Shown: positions 36,701 to 44,674, counted from the first letter of the stretch. The stretch: 64,000 nucleotides of DNA from Methanosarcinales archaeon (GCA_021108405.1 JAIOQW010000336.1:1777-65776); one strand, 5' to 3'. A program made the numbers and translations. The notes: generated by a model not told the origin, from the letters alone.

Positions 36701-36886
36701 AAGACAAAACCTGCACCTATAAAAGAAACTGAAAAGATTAACGGAGCTTCGTTATGGAAACCTGAGAAGGAGGATGGTATTTTTATAGATATCTCAATTC
36801 CATTTAAGATGGAGCATTTAGTTACATGCAGCTATTTCTTTATTACATCCATCATCGTGGTGATATTATTATGGCACCGTAAATGA
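33701..36886 (+). CDS. Cys-rich beta-helix protein with two modules (2 and 3) separated by two CARDB-like domains and a Cys-knot; C-terminal TM anchor
   Basis: Signal peptide. Both modules start with the C..F.C.DTVT.SCTLNG.M.C..G.GLII..(D/K)..ING.G.KI.G knot. CARDB-like PDL(T/V)I....Y.I.(Y/C)T(I/V).N.G...A..SNTSI(K/R)IDEIEVAVD appears twice (~34730-35380). The tail is SYFFITSIIVVILLWHRK. Confidence 0.75.
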   Translation: MRKSFILMALVIIYFSLIGSSIAEHACVVDDGTAFFCGDTVTKSCTLNGSMTCPNAGYGLIIGAKDVVINGTGFKIIGNRENITCNNSQTVAAEHSGIIDTDYGNVTIKNLEIENFYTGIALGKCSLGIDNIIVTDCKIHDCGNSDSITHGIHMIGVNNCTISKNDIYNINGTGPDSGCGGGGNGIFMYGVSRDHGNYNNIIHNNFTNNVKSGFFMKMMCMYNNIGYNKMTGNGQGGVVMMCKESNYNNIEGNNASENDWYGIFTGGNNNTIRYNTMTNNGYHGIELGRSDGSYNNKLYNNVICGNNDTDIKIYGSGSGTAGGNNTCCTTMHFNDDGTTGCNYDCSPAPDLTIIEMSEDLIDSEDKINKTYKINYTIRNNGDEDAEASNTSIKIDGIEVAVDPVKPLNVGEKHTITIGPFKISGGYDTICLNIDKDNNVFEKSKEYNNCLETILFHPEMPDLVISTKTENWITEGSIYNITCTVENIGTTKANASNTSIRIDEIEVAVDHVNTLNINESHTITFGPFIITGNNDTVLICADCDNNVAESDETNNCKVNSFGNSNGDDNRSTCSDGTPYGECSVDKPKYCDNGILIDDCIRCGCQEGQNCNEVSGSCYEPGEGACIGKTKTFYCQDTVTESCTLNGNMVCSPGHGLIIKKDGITINGNGYKITGRKSTKDCANCMETGPTGGQESGFYCGIYNNGYDDVTIENLEIEDFCTGIGLFGNRQRIIENNKITNCNIHNNGFKTTFNGQDMVTHGIHASFVRNLEITGNEIYENEGTGDFCGAGGNGIFLYAGVSENHCDISHNILYNNAKAGFWTKMMLSKSTITHNEIWGNGDGSGIADDVRGGIVLRCKKSSDNHIEYNNVHDHVADGYGYGIYIGGSNNTIEHNTVTSNSESGINMGRSDGSFDNKLYNNLICDNEVDIGVTTGVTGNTGDGNTCKITNNYDDTGTTNCLYSCQGSKQENGRRDVDSKKMKEEAKETPFAKAGGNGSISLAKTKPAPIKETEKINGASLWKPEKEDGIFIDISIPFKMEHLVTCSYFFITSIIVVILLWHRK

Positions 36887-36938
36887 TGTTAAAGATTGAT
36901 ATAAAGCGGGTTTATTATAAAATAGAAAGAGGTAAAAT

Positions 36939-38423
36939 ATGAAAAAAACAGTAAAAGGTCTCATTAGTATTGGAATTATAATAGTGTTTCTGGCAGGGTC
37001 TGTGAGTGCTAAGAACTGTGGTGATGGAATTGCTCCTTGTGATTGTGGTGATACAGTTGTATCAAACTGGACATTCACCGGTGATATTACCTGTCCTGCC
37101 GGACATGGCTTGATCATTGGATCAGATGGGATCACGATCGATGGGAAAGGATATACAATAACCGGATCCGCTCAATCGTGTGGGTATATTACTGAAACAG
37201 ATCCCTCACAGGGATATTGTGGAATTTATAATCCCGGATATGATAATATTGTGATAATAAATTTAGAAGTTGAGATGTTCTGCAACGGGATCGCACTTCA
37301 CGGCACAGGATCAAATCCTGTTGTTAGCAACTCAATAGATAATTGTAACATCCATCATAACGGAAATTCTACAGATGGTAAGAGCCATGGAATCCATGCA
37401 TGCTTTGTGAGTGAATGCATAATAAGCAATAACGATCTTCATCATAACACCGGGATAGGCGATGCCTGCGGTGATGGAGGAAATGGGATTTTTCTATATG
37501 CAGGACATGAGGAATATAAAGGCAACATTATAACCAAAAATGTTTTTCATGAGAACAGAAAAGGCGGCTTTTTTGCAAAGATGATGCTCCAGCATGCAGA
37601 GATAACACAAAACCATGCCTATGCAAACGGTCAGGGCGGGATTATATTACGATGCAAGAAATCCAGCAACAATCTCATCGAAAATAACAATGCATCGCAA
37701 AACCACGGGGATGGGATCTTTATAGGTGGTAAGAATAACACGATCAGTAAGAACATCGTAGAGAATAACATGGCTGGTTTCAAGATCAGTTCGACTGATG
37801 TCGTCGGTGATGGCGATGGGATCGATATGGGACGAAGCGATGGATCATTCGGTAATAAGTTGCATGATAATACAGTCTGTGGAAATGAGGATATGGATAT
37901 AGATACTTTCGGACCCGATTCAGGAACAATTGGGAATGAGAACACGTGTGAGACTACGGATTATTATAATGATGAGGATGTTACAGGATGCAGTTATTCA
38001 TGTATCGATCCGGAAGAGCTTGCCAGAATGCTAACCTCACAGGGCTGGATGATTTATGGCACATCCGGGGATGAGTGGTGTATCAAACAGAAAGAAGTGT
38101 TTGGAGATGCTTTTAGGAATCTGAATTATATCAACTGTGATGAAAATGAAGAGGCATGTATAAATGCCAATATTAAAAACATTCCTTGCTGGATTTCACC
38201 TAATAAAACACATTACCCTGGCTATTATGATCTGAACAGACTTTCAGAGCTTACGAAAGAATATCATAGAGCAGTTTCACCTTCAGAAAATCTACATGGG
38301 TCAAATCAGACGTCTTCCGGATCGAATTCTCTGGGTGGTTCTGTGGGTTGTTTTGAATTGATACTTACATTAATTGTGATATCTATCTTTCTGGTGGGGC
38401 AAAAAGGAAAAAACAATAGGTGA
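36939..38423 (+). CDS. Cys-rich beta-helix protein (module 4) fused to a thioredoxin-like domain and a C-terminal TM anchor
   Basis: Signal peptide. Knot: CGDGIAPCDCGDTVVSNWTFTGDITCPAGHGLIIGSDGITIDGKGYTITG. The C-terminal ~38000-38260 encodes GWMIYGTSGDEWCIKQKEVFGDAFRNLNYINCDENEEACINANIKNIPCWISPN, a paralogue of ORF 42353..42799. Confidence 0.75.
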   Translation: MKKTVKGLISIGIIIVFLAGSVSAKNCGDGIAPCDCGDTVVSNWTFTGDITCPAGHGLIIGSDGITIDGKGYTITGSAQSCGYITETDPSQGYCGIYNPGYDNIVIINLEVEMFCNGIALHGTGSNPVVSNSIDNCNIHHNGNSTDGKSHGIHACFVSECIISNNDLHHNTGIGDACGDGGNGIFLYAGHEEYKGNIITKNVFHENRKGGFFAKMMLQHAEITQNHAYANGQGGIILRCKKSSNNLIENNNASQNHGDGIFIGGKNNTISKNIVENNMAGFKISSTDVVGDGDGIDMGRSDGSFGNKLHDNTVCGNEDMDIDTFGPDSGTIGNENTCETTDYYNDEDVTGCSYSCIDPEELARMLTSQGWMIYGTSGDEWCIKQKEVFGDAFRNLNYINCDENEEACINANIKNIPCWISPNKTHYPGYYDLNRLSELTKEYHRAVSPSENLHGSNQTSSGSNSLGGSVGCFELILTLIVISIFLVGQKGKNNR

Positions 38424-38427
38424 TGTA

Positions 38428-40311
38428 TTGGTATTTATTGTAAAAAGATTCTATATTGTAGTTGTATCTTTAATGATTTACTCAATCTTTATGGTTGGAA
38501 ATGGAAGTGCGGGATGTATCGGTGAGATAACAGGCACAGACTATGGATGTGGTGATACTGTAATAGAAAGCTGCACATTCAATGAGAATCTAAGGTGTCC
38601 AAATGGTGGATTGATCATCGGAGCAGACGGGATCATTATTAATGGAAACGGATACACACTCGTTGGTACAGGTAGTGGACAGGAAGGAATTTATAATGAA
38701 AATTGTAATGATGTAACGATAAAAAATATAAATATCCGTGAATTCTGTTTTGGGATTTATTTTACAGGTGTAAATAACTGTAGTATAATAAATAACAGCA
38801 TAAGCTATGGTACTGGAAGCGGGATCTGGCTTCATAGTTCATTATACAACGAGATAATTGGCAATCGTATATATCACGGCGATGAGGGTCATGGGATCTT
38901 GTTATCATCTTTTTCACATAGAAATACTCTGGAATCTAACAACATAACAACCTTAAACGGAATGGGGATCTGTATAGAGGAATCGGATGGAACCAGGCTT
39001 TTTTGTAATTATATCTGTAATAATAAACAGGGTGATATCGTTGTTAACGGATCTGAAAACAGAGGTGTTAATAATACCTGCGGGATAACAGATAATTATA
39101 ATGATACACAAGGAACACTCTGTACCTATTCCTGCCCTTCATCCATGGATTTTACGGATGAAAGACCGATAAGTGGGGAAAAAAGTGATAGTAGTTGTGG
39201 ATGTGTATCTGATAAAGACCCATCAAAGATATTTGGCTGTGGGGATATAGTGAACGAAAGCTGCACATTTAATTGCAATCTTGAATGTGAAAAGGGACAC
39301 GGCCTGATCATAGGTGCTAACAATATAACAGTGGATGGGAATGGGTATACACTGGATGGTCTTCTTGTTGGTACGTGTGTTTTGGATGAGCGGTCGGGGA
39401 TATATAATAAGGGATATGATGACTTCACGGTAAAAGATCTTGAGATCAAGAACTTTTGCAATGGAATATACTTCGAAGGAGAGATAAAAGATACCATCTA
39501 CCAAAACACGATAGATAGCTGTAATATCCACCATAACGGCAATACAGGCAGTGGGGATACACAGACACATGGAATTAAGATGCGTTATGTTTATAACAGC
39601 ACGATAAGTAGTAATGAGGTACACCATAATCTTGGAAGTGGAGATGGGTGTGAGAATGGTGGTAATGGTATATTTTTCTATGCCGGTGATTACAACCTCA
39701 TTACGAATAACACTGTTTCTGAAAACACAAAAGCAGGCATCTTCACAAAGATGAAGCCGAAGTACAACAACATCTCCTCTAATATTGTGAAAGAGAATGG
39801 TCAGGGAGGAATTGTACTAAGATGCAAGCTATCGAGCTTGTTCATTATCGAGAACAATATTGCATCCGATAATAAGGGTGTGGGGATTTATGTAGGCGGT
39901 GAAGGTAACACACTTAAGAATAACACTGCGATGAATAATAAGAACGGTTCGGATTATGGATGGAGTGGCACGGGAATCTGGATGGATAGGGAAGCATACA
40001 ACACTACACTTATCTCAAACAATGTTACAGGGAATGATTATATGGATATGAAAGTAAAGGAAGGGCTCATCGGGATAGAAGGCTCAAATAATACCTATGA
40101 AAAATCTTCAAAATATGAGGATAATTCCAGGCAGAGCGAGATTATCGAAGGAAAGAAGGTGGAGTGTAAATCAAATAATTGGAGTAACGACATTACACCA
40201 GAAAGATCCGTATTGCCATCTGTAAATATTACGCCATTCATGGCCACGTTTCTTATCCTTCTTTTATTAATGTTTGTTTTTTTTGGTTATCTGCAAGGGA
40301 AAAAAAATTAA
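38428..40311 (+). CDS. Cys-rich beta-helix protein with two modules (5, degenerate; 6, complete) and a C-terminal TM anchor
   Basis: TTG start 4 nt after the previous stop. Knots: GCIGEITGTDYGCGDTVIESCTFNENLRCPNGGLIIGADGIIINGNGYTLVG and FGCGDIVNESCTFNCNLECEKGHGLIIGANNITVDGNGYTLDG. The tail is FMATFLILLLLMFVFFGYLQGKKN. Confidence 0.75.
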   Translation: MVFIVKRFYIVVVSLMIYSIFMVGNGSAGCIGEITGTDYGCGDTVIESCTFNENLRCPNGGLIIGADGIIINGNGYTLVGTGSGQEGIYNENCNDVTIKNINIREFCFGIYFTGVNNCSIINNSISYGTGSGIWLHSSLYNEIIGNRIYHGDEGHGILLSSFSHRNTLESNNITTLNGMGICIEESDGTRLFCNYICNNKQGDIVVNGSENRGVNNTCGITDNYNDTQGTLCTYSCPSSMDFTDERPISGEKSDSSCGCVSDKDPSKIFGCGDIVNESCTFNCNLECEKGHGLIIGANNITVDGNGYTLDGLLVGTCVLDERSGIYNKGYDDFTVKDLEIKNFCNGIYFEGEIKDTIYQNTIDSCNIHHNGNTGSGDTQTHGIKMRYVYNSTISSNEVHHNLGSGDGCENGGNGIFFYAGDYNLITNNTVSENTKAGIFTKMKPKYNNISSNIVKENGQGGIVLRCKLSSLFIIENNIASDNKGVGIYVGGEGNTLKNNTAMNNKNGSDYGWSGTGIWMDREAYNTTLISNNVTGNDYMDMKVKEGLIGIEGSNNTYEKSSKYEDNSRQSEIIEGKKVECKSNNWSNDITPERSVLPSVNITPFMATFLILLLLMFVFFGYLQGKKN

Positions 40312-41432
40312 TGAACATTACAAGAGTGATATTACTGATTTTTATATTATTTATCGCATCATCACAAGCCAGTGCAAATGAGGATGCAGAGGTGCTTGAA
40401 TCCTATGCGGAAAAGCTTGATGACGTTGGAAAATACGAAGATGCAGGTAGATTGTACGATAAAATTGCACTCCATTATGAGAACGAGAGCGATTGGGAGA
40501 ATGCATCAGGATATTATTTGCTCGCCGCAGAAAATTTTAAGAATGTGGAAATGTACAAAACTGTAGGGGCATCATATATAAATGCCGGAAATTGTTACTA
40601 TACAATACATGATTGTGATAACGCATCTAAATACTATTTACTGGGTGCAGAAAGTTATAAAAAATCTGATCCGGGGTATGATGATGAATGGATAGAAAAA
40701 AAGAATAATCAGTGCAAAGAAGGGGTGCTGATGCGCGGGCTTGCAATGTTCGGAATTCTATTCGGCATGATAAAATTCGCAAGTAAAGCCGCATTTGGGC
40801 TTGGTTTTGCAAATGTCGGAAGAAGAGAGATCTTAGCGGTTGCAGATTTTTACTTCCTTATAGCGTTTTTGATGAGCTTTTTTATCAGTATGATGCGTGA
40901 GACACTGTACGAATTCATTAATATACTTTTTAGTTTTGGCATGGCATTCGGTGTGTTTCAATTTATACTGGCATTTCTGCTGCTTACACTTGGATTTTAC
41001 ACGTTAAAAAAGTGGAAGGAGAAAAAAAACGTCTCAAAGAAGACCTTCCTCTTGATGATACTTCCATGTCCTGTGTCGCTGGTAACGATCTTTATGACGT
41101 GTGCGTTTTTTATAATCACAGGAATGGAAGCTATAAAGGTTGGAATTCTCGTAGGAGGTATATTTTCTCTTTCAATTATCGGAATAACCATGCTCATACA
41201 AAGATCAAAACTCGATAAGACCCCTTCAAACCTTGGAGCTGTTATGATATTCTTTGGAATGCTCTATCTGCTCTCTATCATATTTATACCAGCTTACCTC
41301 GCGGTATATGATATGAATATCGTAGTCGAAGGCTTTTCCGGAAAAAATATGATGTCCGGATATCTTCTTGCAGCATTTTTGATTTTTATAGGGTTTATTT
41401 ACGGACAAATAATTAACAAAAGGATGACATAA
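40311..41432 (+). CDS. Membrane protein: signal peptide, extracytoplasmic TPR/SNAP-like repeat domain, then ~7 TM segments (DUF2162-like predicted transporter?)
   Basis: Start shares a base with the upstream stop (TAATG). Three A..YY.LAAE.(F/Y)K-type helical repeats. The polytopic region contains LMILPCPVSLVTIFMTCAFFI. The DUF2162 assignment rests on memory of its co-occurrence with MotA/ExbB plus DUF2149 genes in methanogens. Confidence 0.5.
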   Translation: MNITRVILLIFILFIASSQASANEDAEVLESYAEKLDDVGKYEDAGRLYDKIALHYENESDWENASGYYLLAAENFKNVEMYKTVGASYINAGNCYYTIHDCDNASKYYLLGAESYKKSDPGYDDEWIEKKNNQCKEGVLMRGLAMFGILFGMIKFASKAAFGLGFANVGRREILAVADFYFLIAFLMSFFISMMRETLYEFINILFSFGMAFGVFQFILAFLLLTLGFYTLKKWKEKKNVSKKTFLLMILPCPVSLVTIFMTCAFFIITGMEAIKVGILVGGIFSLSIIGITMLIQRSKLDKTPSNLGAVMIFFGMLYLLSIIFIPAYLAVYDMNIVVEGFSGKNMMSGYLLAAFLIFIGFIYGQIINKRMT

Positions 41433-41434
41433 AC

Positions 41435-41995
41435 ATGTATTCTGAACTGATGAAAATATTTTTAGCTATAAGTAATGCACTATTATATCCCGTGTTGATT
41501 CTGCTTATTGTACTCATTATACTCTGCTTTATAGATCTCGGAGTACTTTTATCTGAATATCCGAAAAGAAGCAAAAATTTTGATGATAAGTTTAAAGGAG
41601 GTCATTTAAGCAGGTTTTACAATGTACTGAATGAAGTTATATTAAAATATCGTGATGATGAGGACCTCTGTACGATTGAGATAGAAAAACTGCTCCGTGA
41701 TTGCATGGCTGAAATCTCAGTGAAACTGGAGCGAATACGCCTGATGATTAGAATTGGTCCAATGCTTGGTCTTATGGGAACGCTCATACCGCTCGGTCCT
41801 GCATTATTGGGATTAAGCGCGGGAAATATCGAACAGCTTGCAAATAATCTTGTGATTGCATTTACATCAACTGTAATTGGACTTTTTATTAGTGCAGTCT
41901 CGCTTGTTGTGACCACTGTGAGGCGGCGATGGTATAAAGAGGATATGAAAGATATGGAGTATATAGCCGAGAAAATGATAAGGGGATCAGAATGA
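41435..41995 (+). CDS. MotA/TolQ/ExbB-family proton-channel protein
   Basis: Three TM segments. IGPMLGLMGTLIPLGPALLGL....LANNLVIAFTSTVIGLFISAVSLVV parallels the ExbB/TolQ signature (ap.lGLlGTv.G ... AL.tTa.GL..aip). Confidence 0.7.
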   Translation: MYSELMKIFLAISNALLYPVLILLIVLIILCFIDLGVLLSEYPKRSKNFDDKFKGGHLSRFYNVLNEVILKYRDDEDLCTIEIEKLLRDCMAEISVKLERIRLMIRIGPMLGLMGTLIPLGPALLGLSAGNIEQLANNLVIAFTSTVIGLFISAVSLVVTTVRRRWYKEDMKDMEYIAEKMIRGSE

Positions 41996-42333
41996 ATAAA
42001 AAAATCAGATTTATGGGAAAGAAAAGAGAGATTGAAGAGGAAGACGACGATCCGATGGCAGGCATTGCGAATCTATTTGATGTAGCGATCATTTTTGCCG
42101 TAGCTCTAATGGTTGCACTCGTGACGCACAACAGCTTGCCAGAGCTTATCTCTGATGAGAACTTCACGATCGTGAAGAATCCCGGAACTGAGGATATGGA
42201 GATTATTATAAAGGAGGGCGAAAAGATAGAGATTCAGAAGATCACAAACGAAACGATGAAAGGTACCGGAGAGAAACTGGGTACGACATACCTCCTGCCA
42301 AACGGGGAGGTTGTCTATGTGGTGGAAGATTAA
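41992..42333 (+). CDS. ExbD/TolR-like single-TM protein (DUF2149-type)
   Basis: ATGA overlap with the ExbB-like gene. An acidic N-terminus is followed by one TM helix with a buried Asp (GIANLFDVAIIFAVALMVALV), analogous to ExbD FIDVMLVLL. A small beta-rich C-terminal domain follows. Confidence 0.6.
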   Translation: MNKKIRFMGKKREIEEEDDDPMAGIANLFDVAIIFAVALMVALVTHNSLPELISDENFTIVKNPGTEDMEIIIKEGEKIEIQKITNETMKGTGEKLGTTYLLPNGEVVYVVED

Positions 42334-42352
42334 GACGATGCAAACATACCAA

Positions 42353-42799
42353 TTATCTTCTTCTTATCAACAAAACGATAAGAATAGCTATTAGACTATA
42401 CATAAATCCAAAACCGGCTGTATTATTATTTGCTGATGGATCAAAATGTTCTGCCCGATAGTCTTTCATTATCTCATTAAGCTCTGTCAAATTATAGTAC
42501 CCCGGATAGAATGTGCCGTTTGGTGAAACCCAGGATGGAATACTTTCGATGCCAGCATCGATGCATACCTGCATATTTTCGTTGCAGTTAATATATGTCA
42601 GATTTGTAAAAGAATCACCAAATTCTTCTTTTTGTTTGATACACCACGGGCATTGATCTGTGCCGTATAATACCCATCCATTATTATTTAATTCACAAGC
42701 CAGAACTTCAGCTGTGGTTTCTTCTGCATATACCATTCCTGTTAACAATACTAAAAGTACTGTGAAACTAATTATCAGTATAATATAAATTTTTTCCAT
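42353..42799 (-). CDS. Extracytoplasmic thioredoxin-like protein (VKOR-associated Trx type), CPWC active site, C-terminal TM anchor
   Basis: Signal peptide. GWVLYGTDQCPWCIKQKEEFGDSFTNLTYINCNENMQVCIDAGIESIPSWVSPNG.FYPGY resembles the Trx-like domain fused to bacterial VKOR homologues (YGA.WCPHC..QK..FG....YVEC.....C...GI..YPTW). The tail is GFGFMYSLIAILIVLLIRRR. Confidence 0.6.
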   Translation of the reverse strand: MEKIYIILIISFTVLLVLLTGMVYAEETTAEVLACELNNNGWVLYGTDQCPWCIKQKEEFGDSFTNLTYINCNENMQVCIDAGIESIPSWVSPNGTFYPGYYNLTELNEIMKDYRAEHFDPSANNNTAGFGFMYSLIAILIVLLIRRR

Positions 42800-42927
42800 T
42801 TTCCAACTTGCTTTTATTGCGAATGTTCAGAGTGATCGAACTATCATTCTAATAGTTGTTAGGTCTATAATAATCCTACCCTAATAAAATTAGGTGTCTA
42901 TCAAAAAGTGGTCGTATCCCCGGGTTT

Positions 42928-43155
42928 TTAACGCGTCGTTTTTACAATCTCTTCCACATCATCCTTTGAACTTGTCATTATATCATTAGTCCTGTAAAAA
43001 TCCAGTGCAGATTTTGTAAACCCGTTTTTAGGACAGACGTAGATACTTTTCCTCAAGCTTTGATACCAAACTGTCCAGCACCATTTTCTGCGGCACTTCT
43101 TCGATCTCGATTCCTTTTTGCGTAAAACCGACCCATGCACAAAGAACCGGACCAA
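42928..43155 (-). CDS. Hypothetical small ORF (doubtful; overlaps a 53-codon ATG-initiated ORF in another frame at 43028..43189)
   Basis: The track ORF has a TTG start and a basic, Cys/Trp-rich N-terminus that looks non-native. It may be a frameshifted small gene. Confidence 0.25.
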   Translation of the reverse strand: MVRFFVHGSVLRKKESRSKKCRRKWCWTVWYQSLRKSIYVCPKNGFTKSALDFYRTNDIMTSSKDDVEEIVKTTR

Positions 43156-43236
43156 GAAAATAATATCTATTTTGGATGTAGCACTTCATCTATTTGCTCT
43201 GGCGAACTCGATTTCCATCCGGCAGCATCCAACAAC

Positions 43237-43330
43237 CTTAAATCCGTGTAAATCTGTGTTACTTGCACGCCCCTTAGGCGTTGCAGGCATTCAACTCCGC
43301 AGGAGTTGAATGTATCCGTGTCTGAAAAAA
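43237..43330 (-). repeat. Family B element, copy B3
   Basis: Its reverse complement is nearly identical to unit a of B2: AGACACGGATACATTCAACTCCTGCGGAGTTGAATGCCTGCAACGCCTAAGGGGCGTGCAAGTAACACAGATTTACACGGATTT. Confidence 0.9.
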
Positions 43331-43344
43331 GGTCTGAATCAAAA

Positions 43345-44427
43345 ATGAACACCACCACCCAAATCATTACAATAAATATCACAAACACTAACAAAACCAG
43401 GCAATACTCTCTAATACAACAAGCTGCTGCAATCATTAAAACAGGCGGTACTGTAGCTTTCCCTACGGAAACAGTATACGGATTAGGAGCTAATGCTTTA
43501 GACCCGAATGCAGTTAAAAAGATCTTCAAAGCAAAAAACCGGCCGTCTGATAATCCCCTGATCGTTCATATCTCATCAAAAGAACAGATACATGACCTTG
43601 CCGAAAACATACCAAAAACCGCACTTAAACTTGCAGATGCCTTCTGGCCTGGTCCGCTTACTATGATCCTCAAGCGAAAAAAGATAGTACCTGATATCAC
43701 TACATGCAATCTTGATACGGTTGCTATCAGGATCCCTGATAATCCTATAGCCCTTGAACTGATAACACTTAGTGGTGTTCCTATAGCCGCACCCAGTGCC
43801 AATCTGTCAGGTAGGCCCAGCCCGACGACTGCCCGGCATGTGATAAATGACCTTGGTGGCAGGATAGATGCAATAATTAACGCTGGGCCGGTAGAGATCG
43901 GAGTTGAATCTACGGTAGTGGATATGACATCAAGTTTACCGGTTATTCTTAGACCTGGCAGAGTCGGAATTGAGGAATTGAAGAAATGCATTGGTGAAGT
44001 TAGAATTGGTTATACTGAGCAATCAACTGCAAAAGAGGATATTGTCAGATCGCCTGGTATGAAATATATCCATTATTCTCCACAGACAAAAGTGGTACTG
44101 GTTAAAGGTAGCAGGGATGTGGTTGCAGATACTATAATGGAACTGGTATTAAAATATCAAGAAGATAAGCTTACTTGCGGACTTCTTTTATTAAACGAAA
44201 CCCAGAAACACATCGCAGAATATATAACTATAAAAGAGATGTTCTCATTAGGTAAAAAGAATGAACCATCGGATGCTGCATACAATTTGTTTGCCGGTCT
44301 ACGGTATCTTGATGAGCGAAATGTTGATGTGATCATAGTAGATGGGTCGCTGGGACATGAAGGTATAGGAGAAGCTGTTTGGAACAGATTGGGAAAAGCT
44401 GCTGATGAAATAATAAATGTTACATAA
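43345..44427 (+). CDS. sua5: Threonylcarbamoyl-AMP synthase (Sua5/TsaC with C-terminal Sua5 domain)
   Basis: IIKTGGTVAFPTETVYGLGANAL, KIFKAKNRPSDNPLIVHI, GPLT, SANLSGRPSPT. The track start at 43306 lies inside repeat B3, so ATG 43345 is preferred. Confidence 0.85.
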   Translation: MNTTTQIITINITNTNKTRQYSLIQQAAAIIKTGGTVAFPTETVYGLGANALDPNAVKKIFKAKNRPSDNPLIVHISSKEQIHDLAENIPKTALKLADAFWPGPLTMILKRKKIVPDITTCNLDTVAIRIPDNPIALELITLSGVPIAAPSANLSGRPSPTTARHVINDLGGRIDAIINAGPVEIGVESTVVDMTSSLPVILRPGRVGIEELKKCIGEVRIGYTEQSTAKEDIVRSPGMKYIHYSPQTKVVLVKGSRDVVADTIMELVLKYQEDKLTCGLLLLNETQKHIAEYITIKEMFSLGKKNEPSDAAYNLFAGLRYLDERNVDVIIVDGSLGHEGIGEAVWNRLGKAADEIINVT

Positions 44428-44440
44428 CTGATGTGGTCTT

Positions 44441-44674
44441 ATGAAAACCGAAAAAAGAGATCAACTTACTGATGAACAACAATATAAAGCGGTTCTTAAT
44501 AGAAACAGGAAAATAAGCAGGGTAAATATATTTATTTTAGGTGCCGGATTAATATTATCATTATTGGACCAAATGGTGATAGGAACAGTCCTTATTTATA
44601 TAGGTATAGCAATATTTATATTCACCTTAACCACCAATATTCTTATGTGGTTGAAGGTACGCAAGGGAAGGTAA
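44441..44674 (+). CDS. Small two-TM membrane protein
   Basis: 77-aa ORF: a charged N-terminus followed by two hydrophobic helices. Confidence 0.45.
   Translation: MKTEKRDQLTDEQQYKAVLNRNRKISRVNIFILGAGLILSLLDQMVIGTVLIYIGIAIFIFTLTTNILMWLKVRKGR

Noticed and set aside
43028-43189. A 53-codon ATG-initiated minus-strand ORF (MKCYIQNRYYFLGPVLCAWVGFTQKGIEIEEV...) overlapping the 75-aa track ORF 42928-43155 in another frame. The two may be halves of a frameshifted glutaredoxin-like gene.
   Set aside because: The similarity to glutaredoxin or ArsC-type proteins is too weak by eye, with no CxxC motif. Neither frame is convincing on its own, so I kept it only as a low-confidence feature.
43167-43529. 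120-aa minus-strand ORF.
   Set aside because: It runs antisense to the conserved N-terminus of Sua5 and across repeat B3. No independent support was found.
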